From: Felis catus
Taxonomy: Eukaryota
Length of the DNA stretch: 60,000 bases
Assembly: GCF_018350175.1 (NCBI RefSeq)
Contig: NC_058368.1
Location: 187,180,001-187,240,000, forward strand
Direction: 5' to 3'
This document shows, one piece after another, positions 1-10,705 of the stretch (position 1 is its first letter; every line of letters starts with the position of its first letter). The position numbers and the translations under genes are program-made. Under the pieces are notes generated by a model, which did not search any database, was not told the DNA's origin, and saw only the letters and a program-made list of their open reading frames with translations.

Positions 1-379
1 TACAACTCTGCTCTGCAGTACTTCGAGAATGGGTGAAATTTATGACAAAATAAGATAGTGGAATTTTTTTTCAGTTTTGAACTCCTTTCCACCTAGCTGA
101 AGATACAGTCAAGATCATGTCATTCACTCATTAAAAAAAAAATGTCTTGAGCATCTCCTCTGCTCAACACTCTGGGGTGATAAGGATTCCCAGACAAAGG
201 AGCTCAAAAGTAGTGTTCAGATCTCTCTTTTTCATTTACCATTTCAACAAATAAGTAATGAGTACCTACTATGGGCCAGTCATTATTTTAGTGTCTGGTC
301 CAACTAGTCTGTCTGTCTTCCAAATTGCTGTGACTACCTACCCCTCAATGCCTGCCTCTTCACCTCCCCACCACCTGTC

Positions 380-725
380 TTTCTTGGTTCTACTTTTCTA
401 TTGCAAAAATGGCTCATTCCATGTAGCAAAAGATATGGAGCAAAAGATAGCTCCAAGATTACACCATCCAAGCAGTAATGACAAATCAAAGGGCTTCTAT
501 CTCTTCCTTAGTACTAAAGTGTAAACCTCAGAAAACATTTTGTTGGTGCAGGTTTGGGTCATGTGACCTCTCTTGAACCAATCATTGTAGCCAGAGGAAC
601 ACACTCAGAAATGGCAGGACTCCCTTTGTGGTCAACAGCCCCATTAGAATCACATGGTGGGAGCAACAGGGAAGCAGTTTCCCAAAGAAAGGAGTTAACG
701 TAGGATAGATGAGACAGTAGATATT
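380..725 (-). mobile_element. Old MaLR LTR fragment (MLT1J/K/L-like)
   Basis: Motifs 'tttgggtcatgtgacctctcttgaaccaatcattgtagccagagg' and 'gcagtttcccaaagaaagg' resemble old MLT1 LTRs; boundaries approximate. Confidence 0.55.
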
Positions 726-1629
726 TACTCTCTTAATTCATCTACTACCCACCAGATCCTTAGGAGCAGGGATATTGTCTCTCTTATTCACCACTGTTTT
801 CCCTATGCTGAAGACAGTTCCTAGAACATTTCTTCTGAAAAGCTGTCTATTGTATTGATAGAATGAATTAAAAGAAGGACATTTTATTATCTGGAAAAAA
901 ACCCCACATGATTTGCATTATAACATACTTCACAATGGATAACTAAATGCTACTGTTATACCACACTATTGTTGAGGACTGTTGATCTAGGGAGCAGGAA
1001 TACTAATACTTCTGCATAACTTACCAGGCTTCTTTCATGATTAAACGTTGTTAGACTGTGAAAGGGCTTTGAAATGTATTAAACAGCATACAAACACAAG
1101 GCATTTCACTGTTAATAGTCAGCTAGGAAATGAATGATCAGCAGAATTGTCTAAATAGGCTTTTAAAGGGGTATGGTAAAAAAAAAATAAAAATAAAACT
1201 TTATAAAGAAAGTTTTGAATGGCAAGAAATGCTTAGGTAGCAAAAGACAATTTTGTAAAATGAGAGGTTTGAGAAGAATAAATCAGCAGTGGATTTTGAT
1301 ACAAAACATTATTTAGAAAGCCTATACATATTTCTGATTAAAAGATATTTTCAAGAGTGACTTTAGCAGAAATAATAAAATGCTAGGCATGAACCTATTT
1401 ACTTAACTCTTCTAGCTAACCAGAATGATAGAGCTCACAACTCTCTCCCACCTCATGCCCTTGGCTGCTTTCAAGGCAGGGCACAAGCACTTCATTTGTA
1501 CGTTCAGTACTTTCATCATTTTAACCCAGGTGCCACCCCCTAGAAAATGACAAGTGGAAAGGAAGCCGGACTCTGTCCACAGACCAAGAGACCAATTCCG
1601 TTAATCGGGTGAATGAGTTAAGGCACAGA

Positions 1630-2050
1630 TAAACTGCTATCATGGAGACCAAGCACAACAGCTTAGAAGAGCAAACCTGTGTATCCCTCACAGTCCAAAA
1701 GTGAGAGAGTGGTCTAGGTCTGAGTCACAGGCTGACCTGCGGCTTCTTCATCATATGGCTTCCTAGGAAACTCCTATACTTTTTGCCAGCCACCAGGAAG
1801 GTGCCTGAGAGGAAAAGTCCTGACAAGTAGATTTATCTTTATGAAGATGAGAGATAATTTTCAAATATCACTCCTATTCATGCTCCGTTGGCCCTAACTT
1901 AGTCACATAGTCACACATAACCCCAAGGGTTAGAGCACTGAAATACCCAGTTGGACAGCCGTGTACACAACACTTAGGCCAAGGAAAGGGGGTTATTTCT
2001 AGGAAAAGGGGATTATGGTTACTGGAGGACAAACTAGCAATCTCTGCTAT
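1630..2050 (-). mobile_element. Old MaLR LTR (MLT1I/J-like)
   Basis: 'ttggccctaacttagtcacatagtcacacataacc' and terminal 'ggacaaactagcaatctctgc' resemble the reverse of an MLT1J-type LTR. Confidence 0.55.
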
Positions 2051-2115
2051 GGCATGCATATACCGAGTCCATGCCATGTTTCAGGCTTTCAACTATGTGT
2101 AATCAATGACCTGCA

Positions 2116-2340
2116 GGGGTGTCTGGGTAGCTCTGTCAGTTAAGCGTCCGACTTCAGCCCAGGTCATAATCTCACAGTTCATGGGTTTGAGCCCCACGTT
2201 GGACTCTGTGCTGACAGCTCAGAGCTTGGAGCTTGCTTCAGATTCTGTGTCTCCCTCTCTCTCTGCCCCTCCCCCACTTGCATTGTCTCTCTTTATCTCT
2301 CAAAAATGAATAAACATTAAAAAACTTAAAAAAAAAAAAA
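2116..2340 (+). mobile_element. Can-SINE (older felid SINEC)
   Basis: tRNA-derived head GGGGTGTCTGGGTAGCTC, CT-rich body, A tail; TSD CAATGACCTGCA at 2104-2115 and 2343-2354. Confidence 0.97.
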
Positions 2341-2699
2341 GACAATGACCTGCATTCCAGAAGGCAAGAAACACTTTCGCATACAGTAATAACCCTCACA
2401 ATAAGGTGAAGTATGACAAGGAGTAAATATAAACCCAGTGTTATAAAAGTTTAAGGAAGGGTTGTTTTTTCCTCCTCTGAGTGGACTTGAGGAAAAATTC
2501 TTGGATGAGGTAAAATTTGAAATGGGTCCTTAAGATTCAGTAAAACTATAAATTTAAGAAAAAGGGCTGGGAAGAGGGAGAGATGGGCCTTTAAGCACCA
2601 CAGGGGAAAGAACTGGCATCCCATTTTCATACCTATGACCATTTGAGAACCATCCAGCAATACTCCCCACCCCCCGTGGAAAGAATAACTATATAAAAG

Positions 2700-3165
2700 T
2701 AGGTATTTTTGGTTATCTTTCCAAATATATTCTCTATTTTCTTACTGAAGACAATTCTTTTAGTTGAGCATATTGCCCTCCATAGCCTTATTTAGAGTTA
2801 TATGTGATCATGTGACTAATTTTGGGCCAATGAGATATAAGTGGAGGCATTGTATACAACCTCTGAGAAGTATTTGTGAAGAAATAGTTTTCCTTTGCAC
2901 GCTCTCCTTCCTCCTACCTGCAATTCAAATGTGATAACTAGAGCTCTGGTATCCATATTGAGTCAGAAGAATGAGAACTAACCTTGAAAGTGGCAGAACA
3001 GAAAGTTAAAATTAGCCTGGTTTTCCTGATTACTCTATAAAATCCCTGAGTAGAAAGCCATGAAGTGCCTACCTCCAGACTTCTTTAAAACAAAAACAAA
3101 CAAAAATGTTTAAGCCACTGCTATTTGGAGTTTTATGTCACATTCAATCACACCAAGTCCTCAGC
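2700..3165 (+). mobile_element. Old MaLR LTR (MLT1I/J-like)
   Basis: 'gatcatgtgactaattttgggccaatgagatataagtgg' and 3' 'tttaagccactgctatttggagtttt' are typical MLT1 motifs. Confidence 0.6.
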
Positions 3166-3234
3166 ACAAGTAGCTTACATGCCCCACCTGGTACTAAATC
3201 AAACTTAACAATGGATGGGGGGTAAACCAAAAGG

Positions 3235-3795
3235 ACATTAGTGCCCTATTGCTACCATACACATTACCACAAACTTGGAGGCTTAAAGCAACACAACATT
3301 ATTCATATTACAGTTTTATAAGTCAGAAATCCAACATAGGTCTCACTGCACTAAAATCAAGGTGTCAACAAGGGATGTCCCTCCCAGGAGGTTCTTGGGG
3401 AAAATCCGTCTTCTTTCTCATTCCGGTTGTTGGATGAATTTAGTTCCTTGCAGATATAAGACTAAGAGCTCCCATTTCTTTGCTAGTTTTTGGCTAAAGA
3501 CTATTTCCAGCTTCTAGAGGCTATCCACATTCCTTGGTTCATGGTCCCCTTCCTCCATCGTTAAACCAGCAATAGTCGATCAATCCATCTCACATTTCAA
3601 ATCTCTCCTAAGTCTTTTTCCAACACTGCATATCTCTGCCTGCATTTTCCACATTTACAGCCTACCAAAATGATCCAGGATAACCTCCCTGTCTTAAGGT
3701 CTGTAACCTTAAATTTCATCTTCAAAGCTCCTTTTGTAAGGTAACAAATTGACAGGCAACAGGCTCCCAAAGAGCCTGCACATTTTTGGATATCA
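3235..3795 (-). mobile_element. MaLR solo LTR (MLT1D/E-like)
   Basis: 'ttaccacaaacttggaggcttaaagcaacac...aaaatcaaggtgtc...cagcttctagaggc...atccaggataacctccc' matches the reverse of an MLT1D/E LTR. Confidence 0.85.
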
Positions 3796-4444
3796 GTCAT
3801 AGTCTGAGAACATGAAGTTCCCTCAGTGTACCTTTCTTCTCCTATCAATTTAATATCTTGTTTCAGCTGTCCTCCTCACTTAACAGGTGTTATTACCCAA
3901 GAGGTCATCTATACTGGATGCTTGGGGTCCTTGGTAGCCTTGACCTAATCAGGTATCCTGGTCTCCTCCAATTCTCAGGAATAATACAGTGTATTTGCCC
4001 AAACTCCAAAGAAAATTGGGCGATGTGTCAGCTTCATAGAAACATGTAGTAGGTTTTTGATGGGCCAGATTGCAGGCCAAATTTGGTGAATACTGGGAGT
4101 TTTTTCCAAGAAGTGTGGGGTTGGGACCAGAGCTAATACTAGTATCTGTCTCAAACCTTCCTTAAAGTCTGCAGCTGAAAGGGCCTGGGAAACTCTGAAA
4201 AATTACTTAGGTCTACTGAGTAGGTTGCAAAGAGCAAGTTCCTTACAGATTGTTTCAGGTCAGATTTGAGGATAGGATTGGAAAATGGATGTATTCTACC
4301 CAAGGAAGTAATTTCAGAGAGAAGAGAAAGAAGGGAATAGATGCTCCTCCAAGAAAATGAGGAGATGGAGTACCATCTAAATTATCTGGATGGAGCTGAA
4401 GAAGTCTTCTGATTGGTAATGCTCTCCTTAAAAACTCATTATGG

Positions 4445-4657
4445 GGGCGCCTGGGTGGCGCAGTCGGCTAAGCGTCCGACTTCAGCCAGGTCAGGATCTC
4501 GCGGTCCGTGGGTTCGAGCCCGCGTCAGGCTCTGAGCTGATGGTTCAGAGCCTGGAGCCTGTTTCCGATTCTGTGTCTCCCTCTCTCTCTGCCCCTCCCC
4601 CGTTCATGCTCTGTCTCTCTCTGTCCCAAAAATAAACGTTGAAAAAAAATTAAAAAA
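4445..4657 (+). mobile_element. Young Can-SINE (SINEC_Fc type)
   Basis: CpG-rich head GGGCGCCTGGGTGGCGCAGTCGG, tail AATAAACGTTGAAAA; TSD AAAAACTCATTATGG at 4430-4444 and 4658-4672. Confidence 0.98.
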
Positions 4658-4675
4658 AAAAACTCATTATGGTTT

Positions 4676-4907
4676 GGGGTGCCTGGGTGGCTCAGTCGGT
4701 TAAACATCCAACTTTGGCTCAGATCATGGTCTTGTGGTTCACGAGTTCAAGTCCCATGTTGGGCTCTGTGTTGACAGCTCAGAGCCTAGAACTTGCTTTG
4801 GATTCTGTGTCTCCCTCTCTCTCTGCCCCTCCCCCACTTCCTCCCTATCTCTTTTCTCTCTCTCCCTCTCTCTCTCTCAAAATAAACATTAAAAAAATTT
4901 TTTTTTT
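4676..4907 (+). mobile_element. Older Can-SINE, tandem with the preceding copy
   Basis: Head GGGGTGCCTGGGTGGCTCAG, CpG-decayed body; flanked by AAAA(CT)CATTATGGTTT on both sides. Confidence 0.97.
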
Positions 4908-4984
4908 AAAACATTATGGTTTGATTTTTGTACTTTGTCCCTGATGCACTTGGAGGAAAGAGGCACTTCAGTGTGAGATCAATG

Positions 4985-5105
4985 GAATGTAAGCTCCAAG
5001 TGGACAAGGACCTCATCTGTCCTTTTTTCTTTACTCCCCAGCTCTCAGAGTCCTGCTTTTCATAGGTAGTAACAAATACATATTACATGAATAAATGAAT
5101 GAATG
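4985..5105 (+). mobile_element. L2 3' end
   Basis: 'gaatgtaagctcc...ggacctcatctgtc...tgaataaatgaatgaatg' is the L2 tail signature. Confidence 0.7.
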
Positions 5106-5734
5106 CATTATTGATTAATTGGTAGACATCCAAGTCCCTCTTCAATCTTTTTTTCCCAGTAGTCAATGTGGCCTATGCTTAAAAGCTTATGCTCTAAAGT
5201 CACATGTGGATCCAGGTCCCACCTCTGCCATTTATCCTACCAGTGTGTTCCCTGGTAACTCAGACTTACCTAAGTCTGTCTCCTGTCTGTAGCATATAAC
5301 CAATAATTACTACTTGACATTGTGAGGTTTCATTGAGATAATAGATAAATAGTGCTTAGTAAAGTTCCTGACAGTCAATGGGCATTTTCTCTTAATGTTA
5401 GTCCAAACCCTCTGGTAATGCCAAAGTGGTCTCCCCTTGATTGTCAAACTTTATTTCCAGGCTCCTATCTGCCATTGCTTGTGTCAGTTACCCTGTCCCT
5501 TTAGCATTTTATGCGCACATGTGAGTATATGTGCACACACATGTACATATGCAGATATCACAGGGATCAAAACCAATATCTTCTCCATGAAGCCACCTAT
5601 TATGGCCTCAATCAGAAGTCATCTCTTCATTTTAGAATTCTTGGATGCTGATTAAGTCATTGTTGCATTTATCACATACCAATGCCTAGCACAGTGTCTA
5701 GCATATAAAAAAGGAAACTAACACATTTTGAACA

Positions 5735-5780
5735 GATGGATGGATGGATGGATGGATGGATGGATGGATGGATGGATGGA
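5735..5780. repeat. (GATG)n tetranucleotide microsatellite, ~11 units
   Basis: Direct reading; sits at the end of an L2-like tail. Confidence 0.97.
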
Positions 5781-6495
5781 AGGAAACTTACGTTCTCTGG
5801 CAGCTCCACAGGAATTTATTTATTTTCGTAACCACTCTGGTCACATAGCGCCTGACCCACAGTAAGGGCTCAATAAATGTTGGTTGGATTGGGAAGAAAG
5901 GGGAAGAAAAATCCAAGAAAGAGAAAATCAAGACCAATGTCCACCTGGATCCATCCTCCTTTTCAGGGCATCCTGTTGAAAGGAGTTATTGAGGAGAGAA
6001 GCAGGGAGTTGACAGCCACTCTCTGGACTCTCTCCCAGGGCCTTTTTAGAACAGGAAAGTTAATTATGGAACCAGATTAACAGTTTCTTTTTTGATACAG
6101 TCAAAGTAAAACCAGCAGGATGCAATTTAGCTCTTCCCCACTTTCCAAATAGCAGCAAATTTTCATACAAAACAAAGAGACACTTGAATTGCAAATTACT
6201 TAGAGAATCAGCTAGCAACCCCAACGGAAGAATATTTCTTGCTACTTTCAAAACCAAGCTGTTGCCTTTTCAGGTTTAACCATGTAGTGGGACCTTCACA
6301 AAGGCCTGGGCGTCTTGCTGTTTCAACTCTGGGCCAAGTGGAGAGGAGGAGTGATTCATTGAGGTTTACTGAAATGGCACAGTGAGATCTTTTTGTTCAC
6401 ATTTTTCTCTTCTCCACATGGTCTCCAACTCTCAGATCACTGGTCTCAATTCACAGAATTGGGACTGACAATGTGTTCGCAGAGGTCATGTTATC

Positions 6496-6793
6496 CAAGG
6501 GTGGCAAGAACAAATGCCTACAAGGGCAGGCAGGGATGTAAATGACTGAAGCAACTGGTCAGGATATGCGGATGTGTCCACTAGGAAGTGGGTGAAGACT
6601 GGGATGAACCCATCCAACCGCCAGTGTCATGTGGGAATGCTGGCTCACTGTCAAGGGTCGCTAGATCTGACAAGTCCGTATTCTTTTCTAAGTCTGGATT
6701 CTTATTCAAAATATCCTTTGTAGCTGTTGCAATGGAAAAAAGTGCTATCTATTGGCTGGATACATCTTGTAGGCCACCAGTTTACAACTTCTA
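6496..6793 (+). mobile_element. MER102-like hAT-Charlie non-autonomous DNA transposon
   Basis: 'caagggtggcaagaacaaatgcctacaagggcaggcagg...catgtgggaatgctggc...ggccaccagtttacaacttct' resembles MER102. Confidence 0.7.
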
Positions 6794-7405
6794 ATCTAGC
6801 TCAACTTCTTCTCTTGATAGATGGAAAAACTGAGGTAGGGAGAAGGAAATCATTTATGAAAGTTCACCAAGTCACAAACTCTTCTGAATTCTCATCTTGT
6901 GCCTAGCTGATTATGCCATACAGCCTCCCTCAAGTCCCTCTCTCCTGCAGGACACAGGGCAGCTTTATTTTCAAAAGAGCTTTTAGAAAATTTGACTTTC
7001 TGATTCAAATAAATAAGTCCTATTTTTACAGAGGATTTGGAGGATGTATCAAGAATAAGGATATAATAAAATGAAATCGCACATGATGTGATTTTATTTC
7101 TGGAAGGACTGGAGCCTGAGGTGGGAACCTGGCTGGAAACAGGATACTTCCAGACATGGCCACTGGAGGGCAAGGTGGCATCTCAGTTGGGTTAGCCCCA
7201 AATAGGTCAAAGGAAAGTTAGGACAAGGGTTGAAAATGTCTATGTTTACTGTAGCCAGGTTGTTGGCAGAAATGAGAAAAGGAGACCAGATGGGGAATAG
7301 AGTGAAGGAAGGAAATACATCTAAAGGACTCAGATACCACTCAGATTTGGCCCGTGTCACCCTGTGGCAATGCACACAGTTGACAGTCTTTTTGATTTTT
7401 TTAAA

Positions 7406-7625
7406 AAAAATTTTTAATGTTTATTTTTGAAAGAGAGAGAGTGTGAAAGAAAGACCGAGCATGAGCGGGGGAGGCACAGACAGAGAGGGAGACACAGAAT
7501 CCTAAGCAGCTCCAGGCTCTGAGCTGTCAGCCTCCAGTCCAATGCAGGGCTCAAACCCCTGAACCGTGAGATCATGACCTGAGTCAAAATCAGACGCTTA
7601 ACTGTCTAAGTCACCCAGGTGCCTC
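7406..7625 (-). mobile_element. Can-SINE (older)
   Basis: Reverse-complement SINE: T-rich tail at left, 'cacccaggtgcctc' head at right; degenerate TGATTTT flanks. Confidence 0.96.
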
Positions 7626-8330
7626 TGATTTTGTTCAAGTGAAGCTTGAAACCTTATTTTTTTTGTAAGCTTTTTCAATGTTTAAATGTAGATCAAAAAA
7701 ATGTGAATCAAACAAAACACATGGAGGAGTGGGATTGGGTTGTGGGCTTCCTCTTTGTGATCTCTGCTAAGTGACTCAGTGCAGATGGACAGGGCACTGC
7801 ACAGGTCAGTCTGCTGAGTGGAGAGTTTGAAACCAGTCCAGCTACAGACCAGTAGATAAGGCTGGCATGAGGATGACTGAGAAAACAGAGATGGTCCATA
7901 GACTCAGTGCAGCAGTCCCCTGGGGAGAGTGGGCTTCAATCAGAGCCATCAGAGCCTGTCCAGAGCAGCCTGGACAGATCCTTGGGGGAGAAGATCTGCA
8001 CAAATCCAAAACACCTACCATAGCCTTTTATACTGTATGTGTATAACCATCTTTACTTTGCTAAGTTAATATAGATTATCTCCCTTGGTAGCCCTGTGGG
8101 AGATTCATCCATTTTCTCAAAAGCAGAAATGTTAAAATCATTAAAGATAGCATTGAATGTGAAAATTCTTCCCATTTTACTGTAATGACTCACTGAATAA
8201 GTGGAGTGTAGCCTACAATGGAAGGAGCCCTTGAATTTTAGAGGTCGTGGACCTCCCCAACTTAACATTTTTCCAAGCTTCCATTTCATACTTTGTAAAG
8301 TGAGAATGAGGTATTCCTGACCTACCTTCC

Positions 8331-8700
8331 TGTATTAGTGAAGATTCTTGATTAGGAGAAACAGAAAACCCAGTGAGCTTAATCAAAAGCATGCATGTAT
8401 TAGTTCACACAACTGGAAAGTTCAAGCATCTAAATCATAGCTGGATCCAGTTGCCCACACAATATCAGGGCTTGGTATCCATCACTCAGAACTGCAGACT
8501 TCATTTTCCTCATTGGAGCCAGCAGCTCCAGGTGCTTCCTCACCTTTCTAAGTACAGTCAAAAGAGATCTTCTCTTCCCCTACATTGTCCACTTGAGTTT
8601 TGGGACTGACTTTCATTGGCCTGCTGCAGGTCTTATGCTCATTTCTGAACCAGTTGATGTGGCAAAGGAGATGAAATGCACTGAGTGGCTGGGCCAGTAC
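8331..8700 (-). mobile_element. Old MaLR LTR (MLT1K/L-like)
   Basis: Begins TGTATTAG; 'aacagaaaaccca', 'atagctggatccag', 'ttcattggcc...ctgaaccagt' motifs. Confidence 0.6.
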
Positions 8701-9205
8701 ACATTTTATGAAACAATTAGGCATTTAGCTGGAGTCTCTGGGAACATGATGTACATTCCAGACCATAGCAGATACAGTGGTAGACTTGATTCCCTGATAG
8801 GAATAAACTGTTCTTATTGAAACAACTTCCTGGGAAAATATCCAGATCTGTGGAGTTTGTTTAAAGCTGGAACCATGCACCTGGAGAGAAGAAGGCAAAA
8901 TACTTGATTACTGCCTGATGCCAAAATGAGATTGTATATTTTGTATATATTTTCTCTCTGTTTCTTGCAGCCTTGCCTTGATAAAAGGATTGGAACTGGT
9001 GACACTTGTTTCAATGACAACAGTGTGAATAGTGAGTAGTTTTTTCTGTTGTTTATTAGTTATAGAATATGGACTGCTCTCTGGTACCAAAATGAGCTTT
9101 ATTAAACTACCATTCCTTCCTCCAATTCATTTAAACAAACATCAACTGGCTTCATTGTTAAATCGAATGCCAGGTATATGGCTTACATTTCTTTCCCCTC
9201 ATCAC

Positions 9206-9207
<2 letters not shown>

Positions 9208-9255
<48 letters not shown>

Positions 9256-9259
9256 ACAC
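9208..9259. repeat. (CA)n microsatellite, ~26 units with one TA interruption
   Basis: Direct reading. Confidence 0.98.
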
Positions 9260-9289
9260 CACAGAGCAATATAGGAACTGTCAACTTGC

Positions 9290-9797
9290 AGACCACTCAA
9301 GGTGTGTTCATGGCTGCAAATAACAGAAAATACAGACTCAAGATGGCTTGAATAATAAAAAGTAAAGCAAAGAAAAATGTTATTAGCACTCAGAACAAGA
9401 AGTCCTAAAGTAGGATAGGTCCATAGTTGGTTAATTGAGTAGCTCAAAAGTGTCATCATAATTTGGATTTTAAACTCTTCAGTGGGCTGTCTCTTTCATT
9501 TATTTCTTTTTATCAGCCTTTCCAGAAATCCCTCAATAGGCTTTTACTCATGTTCACTGGCCAGAAGCCAATGAACAAATACCCTGCTTGAATCAATACC
9601 TTGCAAAGCAGATGGGACCAGTTAGATTGGATTAAACCAAATCATGCATCCCTTCCTGAGGCTAGGGATAGGACCTATATCCTCTGAAGTACACGGTCAC
9701 ATAGAAGAGAGAATATCTGAACATAATTAATGTCTTGTTTAAAAGGATAAATGAAGGATGAAAAGTTATTGTAAAAACAATCAATGCTATCTGCTAT
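9290..9797 (-). mobile_element. Old MaLR LTR (MLT1K/L-like)
   Basis: 'tggctgcaaataacagaaaatacagactcaagatggctt', 'gttggttaattgagtagctcaa', 'cactggccagaa' motifs. Confidence 0.6.
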
Positions 9798-10705
9798 AAG
9801 GCAATACTAGGCAAATCTTAGTGATATTTCCTGCAAGATGAAAGTTTGCATAGGTACCTAAGTTCTAAGGTGTCATATACTTCACTACTGGAGAAAAAGC
9901 AGGCACCCAGCCTTGGCTAACCTCCCCCAAAGTCACTGATAAATTGAAGAAATATTAGAAATATTTTTGACTCTGGATATAAAACCCAAGGCATTATTAT
10001 ACCATATGCAGACTGTTTCTCCAATTTGCATAATTATAAACTCCTCCTCAAAAACTAAGCATTGCTGCCAACTTAAAAAAAAAAAAACTACAAAGTAGTA
10101 TTAAATATGCATTGCTAATTTGACTTTTTAATTTGTCTGGGATATTCACAAAGACATGAACAACTCTGTAGATACTGAGGCTTAATAAAATCTTCCACCT
10201 GTATAAAAAGAAATTGACAGGAAAAGCTAAAACCAAAAATTTGTTAAAGAATTTGACTTTATGTCTGAAAATTATCAATAAGAGATAATTCTATTAAAAT
10301 AACTCCCACATTCACTATTCTGTATGTTGACTAACATTCAGGTGTAGCTCTTGTTTTGTTCAGCCAAAAGAAGGTAACATTTCCTCAGATGTCTCCATTC
10401 TGCTTTTAGTCACCTGTGAGCTATGTGTATTCTTATATTTGAATTTTATATGAAGTGATTGAGGAGATGCAAAAAGATCTTCTTGCCCCCAAATCTATTA
10501 GCAATCTACCTAAAATTTCCACAAAAACCCCTGACTTGGGCTTTGAAGGTCTCAGCTATAGTAAAAATATGCTATCTGGCCAAGTTATACTGTTTTAGGC
10601 TCCTCAATTTGAGTTCATTAGTTAGCCCCAGTGATGACTGAGACACAGGATACAGATGTGCATCCAGAGAAGTGCTCCTGGAGATAAATTACAAACCCAT
10701 GTATA

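Noticed and set aside
7159..7175. CTCF-like GGCCACTGGAGGGCAAG
   Set aside because: Mismatch at a core position; cannot be supported without a PWM score or ChIP data
10329..10380. ACTAAC branch point, TTGTTCAG acceptor and AAG|GTAACA donor as a 10-nt microexon
   Set aside because: Two intervening AGs, weak donor and frame-shifting length
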